Shown piece after piece: positions 10,810-20,000 of a stretch of 20,000 bases of DNA. The stretch comes from Moniliella sp. 'wahieum'. Lineage: Eukaryota. The notes under the pieces were generated by a model. That model ran no database searches, had not been told where the DNA came from, and saw only the letters and a list, made by a program, of their open reading frames with translations. The stretch covers positions 176,036-196,035 of the forward strand of contig RSEE01000111.1 of assembly GCA_003971905.1 (NCBI GenBank). Reading direction: 5' to 3'. Within the stretch, counting starts at the first letter, position 1, and every line of letters begins with the position of its first letter. The translations under genes were made by a program, and so were the position numbers.

Positions 10810-11230
10810 CTTTAGCAAAGTTCTGAGCTCGCGCATCGGGACGGATCTGGCTCGCGGCTTACCCACCCCCGACCCGCCCTGGCTGTTGGTCAACATGTTG
10901 ATACACCGCTTCGTCTCACCCAATACTGACCGCCCAGATCTCCTTGACTCACTATCCCTTCCATATGAAGCACTCTTCTCACCTCACACCTCGTGCTTGC
11001 TGCTGCCGGAGGACAGTGTCGCCCTTTTCGCTCCAACACTTACTAACTCCAGGCCACCACCATCTTGAGCCAGCAACGCTCGGCGCACGTCGTGCCACCC
11101 ACGCCACTTGTTCGCTATCTTCTCATCTTGCCCATCTGAGGGACCTGCTGATGAAGAGCCGGAGCGCTTGTTTTTCTGAGGATGAAATTGATCGTCTCGC
11201 GCTGTCATCCTACGCCCATACCTCTTCTAC
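10810..11230 (+). pseudogene. Decayed fragment of an unidentified sequence family
   Basis: Nucleotide similarity to 1780-1945. Weak peptide similarity to the minus strand of 3735-3945 (VLSSRIG..LVNMLIHRFVSP versus VLRSRIR..LVN.LLRRFARP). Confidence 0.4.
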
Positions 11231-14200
11231 AGGCGCGAGACTGGTGAGGTTGTTGGGCTGTGGCTCTACTCATGCAGTCCTGCATGGGCGATAGGCATCA
11301 CCCCTCTTACCTGTCCGGTCCTTCCCTTTGCTCCATGCGGTACTAGTCGCGACTGTCATGCCCAACCTTTTCCACAACATCCTGTACCTTTCCCAGAATC
11401 AGGGGTGCCTAGTACCTCCGTTCTCCTTCTCCTTCAGCACATCTGTTCGTCCCTCTCACCCAGTCGCTGCTTAAGCTTGCCAGCAACCATCACTTTGCAT
11501 CCACTTCTCGTTCACCTACCCTCTTGTTGGCTTTTTATCAGGAATCATTACTGTTTTCGCTGTTGGTATTGGGACCCGGCCATATCAACAGTGGCTCTCG
11601 TTGGCGTAGCCCGCATGACCTCATGCGAACGTGGCTGGCCACTCCGGCCCCACCATGTACCACACCCGGCCTAACCCTTGTACCCAGGCCTGCTTGTTGA
11701 GGCAAGAGCAGACGAACATAAGAACAGTACGAGGCGCCATGCGTCCCATTTTGCCACACATAAATGAACGTCCAACATATTGTCAACGTATATAGGTCGA
11801 GGCCTCGAGTTGGCTACGGGCTACAACAGCCACGCCACTGGGCTAACTGTATGGCCGGTACTATGCGCGCTGTATATATGCTGTGTCTTTAAAACGCGTT
11901 CAGCACCCTGGTCACGTCAGAAGTTTTGAGCCGCTGTAGGCGCGGCCGGCCGTTGCAGATGCACGTGCCGCCCTAGTTGCAGTGCCACAACTCCGATACC
12001 GGCATGCACCACATGAATTAACCACATGCGTGCCATTGCCACACAACACCGAGACCAACCGCCCACCATCATGCACCCGTTTGTCTCTTTCAAGTCTATG
12101 GGAATGGTTAGCATGAGACATCTGTGCCACACGTCACAGTCGGGGCTCAGCAAGGCAAGGGAAACCAGTGTCGAGACAAAGCCGGGGAATGTAGCACTCG
12201 TTCGTTGGGAAGACCAGAAGACCGGAAGAAAGAGCAGAACACTTGAAGCGAAGTAGAAGAACAAAGGCAAAGGGCGAGGGGCTCGAGACAAATCAGGAAA
12301 TAGGAATTTGGAGCGATGAGATCAGCGGTTCAGGAGGCGCTACAGCCGCTCTCAGTCCTCTCTGCCATACTACAATGACGATCTGCCGTGGCCGGGTGAC
12401 CGTCGGGTGTATGCTTGGCAACACCTCTTGTTCCGGGCCCCACACGTCAAGAGGTGACGTATTCGTACTAGTGAAGCCGCTTCTTTTTCTTCTTCCTGCA
12501 GAGCAGGATTACTCTCTGGCCTCTGTAGCTCGTGTGCTAATATGTAATCAACTACTATCTGGAGGTCGGATCGATGATACTTGACTTAATCATCACTAGC
12601 GACTAGTCACAGTTACTAGTTACTAGTCAACACAACAGATAAGAGGCCGTTCGAAAAGGCATGAGATCTGAGTTAGTATGTTCCCAACGCGCCGGTAAAA
12701 TACACGAGGCTCTCGAAAGGTAACACCCGGCATAACTCAAATGTAACAATGTCACCGCTGAACGTGTTGAAGGACGTCCTTGAAGCTAGCTTCTTGAAAC
12801 TAAGCGTGAAGCTTGAACGACCGTGGCAGGTAGGCCTTAGGCCTTAGCTAAGGCCTTAGGCCAGATTGCCAGCACCAATATCGATTGTCGATTATTGATG
12901 GACTAGTTCATTCGATGGGTTTTATTCATGTGGCGTCGCGCGGTGCCGGTAGCCCAAGCACGGGCCCTTTTCCAGTGCATTCCTTCCAACAATTCACACC
13001 CTCAATTGCCTGCTCTCTGGTCTTCTACAATTGAATTGATGGTGCAGGTAGGTTCTAGTGTGGCCGAACTACTAGTGAGACTTGTAACATGCAACTGAGA
13101 GTGCAGTCTCAGAATCCAACACACCTCTTGTGCGTCTGTTTGTTTTGGCATACGTAGCAGGTGTGGAAGGGATTTGGCCTGGAGATCGAATACCCCATTT
13201 AGGGGGTAACCGGTAACCGGCAACCTGTAACAGGTAAAGTGGTAAAGCGTATCGCGGGAACGACGGGCAGGAGTACCCGGACTGAGTACGATGCGTATCG
13301 CAGATAGGGTTATTCATACCACGCACTTGGGGCTGGCATGCCATCGAACAAATAAAGATAAGTACGTGTTTTGTACATACAACGCCACCCGAGTTAAGCT
13401 TTTGCATTCTAAACAGCATTTGAATTTCGATTGCTGTGACGAGTCCTTGCGCACCTGGCGCCTGTGTCCTTCAACTATACAGACTCCGCTCTCAGATCTC
13501 AGACTTCGAGGCTTAGAGCTTAGATCTCAATTCTCAATGATCTCAATCCTGTCAGAAACGCCCTGGATTGCACCAAGAACCTGTTACGTGTTACATGTTA
13601 TTAGCCTGCTGGTTAACACCGGTTCGGCCGTTTCCACTGCTACCGCCGGTAAGCGCAAGCAGACAGGGTACTGAGTGTGCCGAGACTCAGTGCCCGTGCC
13701 CAGTACGTCAGTGGCTCAGCGTGCTCAGTCTCAGCGCGGCGCCGTGCCTTCAGCGCTTCAACTGTGTGGAATGCGCGTATTGTTTCTGTCGCATTGGGAC
13801 TGAGGCCTGAGGCGCGACGATAGTTTTGTTAATGTTTTCTGTCTCGCCCCAACCCCCAAATTGTAAACATGTCCCGCAGGGAATCCGGTGTGCCCGTGGA
13901 ACGTGGACCATTGAGATGTGAGACTAGTGCCTAGCTGCCAGGCGCTACAAAGTGCCAAAGCATTGGGCCTTGGGCCTATTCGCTCCTTGGTAGATGTGTA
14001 CACTGGCACTCAACGTGTACCAAGGCGCACCTTAGGCCTTAGGCCTTACCTGTTACACCATAGGCCTCCAAGCTTAATAGCGAAAAAACTCTATACTGGG
14101 TACTGGGTACAGTTACCGGTTACCGGTTACCGCTGTTGACGTCAAGGTTCACAACCGTTAAGCTTTAAGAACGACGTTTGACGCTTCTCTCTTTTACCGT

Positions 14201-14981
14201 TGAGCGTTTAGTACGTTTTAGCGTTTAACATAACGGGTGTATATATCGATCGGCCTTGGGGGTCTTATCCGCGGGCTCAGCGCCCAACAGACAGCTCCCA
14301 GGACGGAGGTGAGAACAAAAGCTTCAATAAAGCCGAAACCTCTGAGCTTCTGAGCTCTGAGGCTGAAGCTCTGAGATCTGTCTGAAGCCTGAAGCTAGAA
14401 GAGACGGCACAACGGGTAATGGGGCGGTAAAACTGGGTGGATGATATGTCGACAATGATCTTGATCAATGATCCATGGGTTCAGTATTTGTGGCAAAAAT
14501 GTTGGTCGATGGTGGGGGGCAACACAATCGAAACAAGAAACAAGAGAGATAATCGATAGAAGGGCTCTGCCTGCGTCTGGCAGGCCAGGCACTGTGTGTG
14601 GTGACATGCGCATCGCACGCCACTGGCCAGCACGCGTGATGGATGATCGATGATCCGGTCAGACAATTAGCCTGCACCCTGGCCGCCTCCCTGGCGTGTG
14701 GGCGCCCTGAGGCCTGATTAGGGATGGACGTTTGCGGAGGCAGACGCAGTGCCTGCAATCGCACTCGCCGCCTGCCTGGGTCGTGCCTGCTTCTGACATT
14801 GTCCTGGGGCACGATGCTGTCGGGGAGGCCTGCCTGCCGCCGCCGTCGCTTCTGTCTCCACGGCACCTCAGCTCGCACTCCTCCCCCTAGGCCCCTCAAA
14901 AGCCGCGCCTGCGACGGACCCACTCCCCATCCGACCCCCCCACATCACCACCCCGTCCGTCTCGGCCCGTGTGTTGCCGTC

Positions 14982-17055
14982 ATGACCTTCCTCGACGTGC
15001 GCATCCACCCGGCGTCTCTTCTGCCCCTCCACCTGCACAATGACGCCCTCGTCGGCTTCATTGCGAGCCCCGTTACTCCCTCGCTAATTGGTGCGTTGCG
15101 TCTCGCCCCGTCCCTATTGGGCACCTGATCGTCGTACCCATCTCTAACCACCATCCCGCCCTTTCCAGTTTACATGGCCGACCATGCGCGGGACCTGCTG
15201 ATGCGGGACAGTGCGCTGGTCTCCACTCTCGACGCTGCCTGCTCCAACAATGATACGGCGAGCATCACCCCCAGTGAGGCCAGCGCCCATGCCAGCCCTG
15301 CCAGCCTGCCTGACTTGAGCGTGTGGCTTGCCCAATTGGCCAAGCAAAGTGGTGCGGCCACTGCAACCCTCATGGTCGCCATGGTTTATGTTCACCGCGT
15401 CCGACTGGCTCTGCCTAAAGGTGCCACTCGCCTGGCAAGTGCTTTTCACCGTGTCTTGCTGGCCGCTTTGGTCCTTGCAGCCAAGATGACCCACGATCGC
15501 GCCTTGAAAAATAACGTTTGGGCGCGGTATAGCGGACTGTTTACTACACATGATGTCAACCTGATGGAATGCCAGTTCCTCAAGCTGCTCGACTACCGTC
15601 TTTGCATTGATGAACCCGAGCTCCTCGCAGTCTCTCAGCCTCTTATGCTGTCGCTTGGGTACAAAAAGGAGGAGCTGCATTGCATGCCGGGTCGGCCTTG
15701 GTCGGCTTCTGGATTTACTTCCTCCGCAAATCATCATGAGCGGATGTCCCTGCAAAAACATGCCGGCCATGTTCGCAGCGCCTCCGACACCCGTATTATC
15801 ATGCTTGGTGATCAGAATATGGGGCGCAGTCACTCTCGCTCCATTGGGTTGCACACGATGCACCGTCAAATCAAGTTCTTGTCGTCCCAAGCTGGTGATG
15901 AGCCTTCCACTCATCTAGGGCTGGGGCCACCCCTGCTCGAGGAACTGGCTTCCTCTCCTTCCATTTACTGTATACCTTCTCCGGAATTACTCGATTCAAC
16001 CGTACCGACCGAACTCCTCCGAGTACCGCGCTCCCGAGCAGCCCCAAATCGCCTACGCCGAGCCTATGGGACCTGGAACCTCAAGAGCAAACCGGGCCAA
16101 GATCCAGTTGCAGCTCTATGGATTCCTCCCATCTTACAACCACGCCCGGTGCTTCTGTTCTCAACATTTCGAGCTTCCCCCTTCCTGGTCGGAAGCCCCG
16201 CATGAGTGAAGTCTACAATCGACAGATCGGTACATTTGCGCATCCTCTAGACTGCCCCATTGACGTGGTCTCGAACTCGTCCATTCGGTTGGGTCTGGGC
16301 ACCGTACGGGACTCTTCTAATGGACACGCCTGCGCAGACGGAGCGGAGGAGCTAGTGCCCAAAGAAACCATCGATAACACCGGTTCGTTGGTCCACATGC
16401 CTCATCATTTTGTACAAGGCGTGAGCCCTACCGAAGCTCAATCTCCCCCCGTCCCAAGGTCCCCTCGACGAGTGTCCAACCTTGTCTCTTTCCATTCGCT
16501 CTCCATTCCATCCTCCGCAACTCGATGGGGCCATATCTTCCCTTCCCAGGATTTCGATAGGGATGAAGATGACGTCGTGGGTGAAATCTCGGTCGTGCCC
16601 AAGGCACCCAGAAAGGTTCGGAGACAATCTCTCTGTCGACTATGTTCAATTCTTTCAGTCTCGATGCTGATGGCAAACGGGCTGGGGTCTCACCACCGTC
16701 GGCTCCCGTTACGCTATCTGGTATGCCGAATCCGGCCTCAGGGTGGCCCACCCAGCAACACACGTCCACTGGATCCACCTCTTCCAACCCCGCCCCGGGA
16801 CTCAAGACGGCACGGAGCATGCCTCTCCTCCGCCGCTTCGCACCAAGTCACGTTGCCGTTGACGAAACGGCGTTCGGGGACCCATCCCGGCCTTCGCCTG
16901 TCACTCCCGGTCCGGGCCCAACCCCGCTTCGCTCCATGCGCCGTACCAAAGACACAACCAAAGGTCCTGTACGGAGCCTTCGCACTCGCGCGTCTGCTCT
17001 GGGTCTCCGTACGTTCGCCACCAAAATCCGCTCGCTTGTTGGTGCGCCAGTCTAG
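14982..17055 (+). CDS. Pho85-type cyclin, Pcl1/Pcl2 subfamily, with a long disordered C-terminal tail; exon 1 14982-15090, exon 2 15169-17055
   Basis: The N-terminus HPASLLP..HN.AL......PVT resembles basidiomycete Pcl1-like cyclins. The cyclin box reads LPDLSVWLAQLAKQS..TLMVAMVYVHRVRLALP..HRVLLAALVLAAK..D...KN..WA..SGLF...DVNLMECQFLKLLDYRL. Intron 15091-15168 splices in frame (LI-VYMADH). The tail to TAG 17053-17055 needs two frame corrections (~16090, ~16632); uncorrected, the ORF stops at 16205. Confidence 0.85.
15091..15168 (+). other. Spliceosomal intron of the cyclin gene (78 bp)
   Basis: GTGCGT donor, CTAAC branch point near 15144 and TTCCAG acceptor; phase-1 join is in frame. Confidence 0.9.
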
Positions 17056-18113
17056 GACCCACTGCACAACATCGTCGCGCACACTACTACTTTCACACCG
17101 TCGCTTCCTAATTGGCACTTACACTTTCCATGTTCTCTCTAATCTTCCCTCCGCATCTGTCTGTTCTTTACTTTAATGCGTCCTCCAAGGGCCCACGTTC
17201 CTTTTCTGATGGGCCCTTCCATCTGTCTGTCATCATCTCCGCACCATGGTATACTATACTGTTGCTCTAATCACCTATTAATACATGTGCACTAATGACC
17301 GCAGTTGCTTGTTTTTAGCACTACTTCCATTCGAGTTCGTTCACGTAGGTGCTCGTTACCTGCTGCCTAGATCCCTCTCAAACAATTGGAGCCATCTCAT
17401 TGCGGCCAGTTGGTCATGGCGCGGCAAGGCGATGAGCATGAACTACTGATGCCAGAGCAGAGGAGGCAAACTGACGTGACGATCTGACGCGTCACAGCCT
17501 GCCTTACTAAGTGCAGTCGAAGAGGACACGCATGAAAGACCAAGAGACTGTCCGAAGAAGAGACCAGCCCTTCTTCTCGCGACAGAAGGGTGCTGTTGTA
17601 GGTAGTGCGCTTCGGCTGGCGTAGACTAGCAGAGTGGATTCTGGGTCTGTGTGTGTGGTGTGGGCGATAGCTCCTAGACCATTGCAGCATAACCAAGGCG
17701 GACGCATCGAGCCCCCTCGTTCTAATCCACCCACCCACGCCGTCAGTCCCCACCCATCCGCACGCCCTGGGGGGAAACACAACAGACAGTGAAGGGCGAC
17801 GGCCCGTCGGCTGCACACGCTGGCTTGGTCCCCCGCCTTCTCCTCCTCCTTGGCGGACAGCGGGAGGACGGGTGCTGGTGGTGCATTCAAGGCAACGGAA
17901 TGCACCCGGGGATAGCACCAGCTGGGCTCGAAGCAAAGGGGAAAGAATCACATTGCATGCACCATCCTACTGGTACGCAACTTAAGTACTACTACTAGCT
18001 AACCCTGGTATAACCCTCCCTCCTCCTCCTCCTCCACCTCATCGCCCTCGCCCTCGCCATCCCCATCCCCATCCCCATCCCCCACCGCCCCCTCTCCCCC
18101 CCCAAGAGCCAGG

Positions 18114-19437
18114 ATGCCCAGCCCGCCCAGCGACCTGTCCCACACCGTTCTCTCCGCCTTTGGCCGCCTCAACCTACTCGATGCCAGCGCCACAGCGACA
18201 CCACCAGCAGCCTTTCAGGCTGCGCTCCTCTTCGTCCCCCCCGCGCCGACGATCCGCCCGTCTTGCTTCCCGACGACCACCCCACCGACGCCGACACCAC
18301 CGCCCGGCCCCACAGCAGCGTCACGCTCCCCGTCAGCGTCGCCGCGCACGCGCCGGGCCCATCGTCCTACTCGGTCGACCAAGTCCCCTCCCCTTGTCCT
18401 TCTGTCTCGCGACTAGTATATAGCAGCGCGTCCCCATGAATCAATACAGCTGACCTGGACCGCCTCTCTCTCCCCCACCTTCTTGATGCTCTTTCTCCTC
18501 CCTCCTGCCTGATGGGTGCACGCGTTGGTTTTGATTTTGCTCTTTTGGCGGCAGGAGTCTCGCATCCGCGCCTTGGCGAACCAGACGGCGGTCAACCAGC
18601 GCACGAGGACGAATTATGGCTCTTCTGTCGCAAGGCCAGGATCACCTGCGAAACGCAACGAGGGCGCTACAGGTGTCTGCTGCTGCGATGCACATGCACC
18701 CCAACCCAGCCAAGGCCCGGACCTGCTCCCTGGTCACCGAGGCGCGACAGGCGACCATCACGCAGAGACAGCGTCCGTGGAAGAGGCAGCGTCTGTGGAA
18801 GAGACAGCGTCTGTGGAAGAGGCAGCGTCTGTGGAAGAGGCCATTGCAGCGGCGAAGATCATGGTGGACGGATGGTTGCCAAATGCGACGGCAGACCACC
18901 AAGTGCACGTCATGTCGTTGCAACGGATTCGGTGCGTTTTTGCCGGGCATATATGCCCTCCTGCCCCTACACCTGCTCCTCTACTGCTCTTGTATCTCGC
19001 CTTGATTCGTTTTGTTGCTCGGTGTTCCAAAGGGTGGGCGCACTCAATGTGCCTCGCGGCTTGTGTCTCGTCTGCCCCCACTCATGATTACTACTATATG
19101 GAGACACATTCGGCAGGTGTTGATTCGGGCCAAGGAGGCCTGGACGCAGCTCGCGCGCGTTCCCACGCTGGTCGTTCCTGCCATTGACCAAGACGGCTTA
19201 TTCGGGCTGTACGCGGCGATTGATCGAATGCCAGACGAGGTCAAGCGGGAGGAGCTGCGAGAACGAGTGCGGGTGCAGTACGACACTGCACTTGCCGCGC
19301 AGCTCCTCCACGCTCAACTGATGCACCAAAGCGTGGACCGCATTCCGCCTGCTCTCAACCAACTCGTCGCGCGCTTGGACAGCCTCTTGGCCCACTGCAC
19401 CGAAACCCTTGCTCCGGCGGAAACCATGGCGTCATGA
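18114..19437 (+). CDS. Hypothetical multi-exon protein (Pro-rich N-terminus, SVEE(A/T)A repeats, helical C-terminal exon); exon structure uncertain
   Basis: ATG 18114 follows a C-rich UTR-like tract. There is a candidate acceptor CAG ending 18554, a donor GTGCGT at 18932 and an acceptor CAG ending 19116. The last exon VLIRAKEAWTQLARVP...REELRERVRVQYDTALAAQLL...TMAS* (to TGA 19437) reads as amphipathic helices. No family recognised. Confidence 0.5.
18762..18842 (+). repeat. 18-bp coding minisatellite, about 4.5 copies (GAAGAG(A/G)CAGCGTCTGTG)
   Basis: Directly visible; encodes AETASV-EEAASV-EETASV-EEAASV-EEA. Confidence 0.95.
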
Positions 19438-19974
19438 CGAAGAGGACGCGTGCAAGAAGGGGTACCTCTTCCTACTTTTTTCTTCTCCTCTGACGTCCTC
19501 TTCCTACGTTTTTCTTCTTCTTCTCTGATGGGGGGAAGAGCTTGTTTCTTTCGTGGGTTAGCCCCATGTCATGACGGCTAGTATTCGCAGTACTACGTTT
19601 CAACGCATCCGTCGGTTTGTGTGCGTGGGGAGGATGGGCGGGATGGGAAGGACGGTGATGGATGGGGGGATGACATAGGATGGCATAGCATAGGCGGTGG
19701 TGGATTCGGAGGGCAGTGGATCGGTGGGGTGACAGAGGTGCTGCGCGGCGGGAGCCCGCTCGCTTGCAGGCGCGCTGGGCCGCTCGCTAATGGGCGCGCG
19801 CGCTTGGCGTTGGCTGCACGGGTGCCCGCTCGGCGCCGGGGTTCGTGTGCTCCAAAGGTCGGGATGCGGCGACGGATGGGCATGTAGCGTCCCTCGCCAC
19901 CACCATCTCCATCACCCCCCGACATGAGCTCGCCCCCCAGCCAAGCCAAGACGGTTGCCAAGCGCAGGCGCTCT

Positions 19975-20000
19975 TTAGGTTAGGGTTAGGGTTAGGGTTA
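19975..20000 (+). repeat. Telomeric repeat (TTAGGG)n, start of tract
   Basis: TTAGG TTAGGG TTAGGG TTAGGG TTA runs to the window edge, with the G-rich strand oriented toward the end as expected for a right chromosome end. Confidence 0.85.

Noticed and set aside
11700..14950. Protein-coding genes among the short ORFs
   Set aside because: No domain motifs or coherent exon structure; the region is dominated by low-complexity palindromic patches.
15144..15914. 256-aa minus-strand ORF
   Set aside because: Antisense shadow of the cyclin coding sequence.
6198..17055. Programmed ribosomal frameshifting or RNA editing explaining the broken genes
   Set aside because: No slippery-heptamer pattern at the shifts, and the many one-directional single-base losses are more simply explained by sequencing error. 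Revisit only if accurate reads confirm them and full-length protein is detected.
17999..18017. Interstitial telomere (two TAACCCT units)
   Set aside because: Only two non-adjacent units, compatible with chance or a promoter motif.
18762..18842. CRISPR-like array
   Set aside because: Contiguous 18-bp tandem units with no spacers, in frame within a eukaryotic gene.

Overview
Eukaryotic, probably basidiomycete fungal DNA (GT-AG introns with GTGCGT/GTACGT donors and CTRAC-type branch points) ending in TTAGGG repeats, so most likely the last 20 kb of a chromosome arm. There are three + strand genes: a type-II membrane glycosyltransferase family 90 (CAP10/POGLUT-like) gene at ~6198-8060, a Pcl1/2-type Pho85 cyclin at 14982-17055, and an unknown helical protein with an 18-bp coding repeat at ~18114-19437. 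The GT90 and cyclin genes are broken by apparent single-base deletions with no premature stops, which looks like long-read consensus error. A decayed, 5'-truncated CRE-clade (Cnl1/MoTeR-like) non-LTR retrotransposon lies at ~9240-10560. Several diverged copies of an unidentified sequence family occur at ~1780-1945, 3219-3419, 3735-3932 and ~10810-11230. The intergenic DNA contains many short patches built from one palindromic word each. All family assignments come from manual motif recognition, not database searches. I found no firm evidence of a wholly new biological system.
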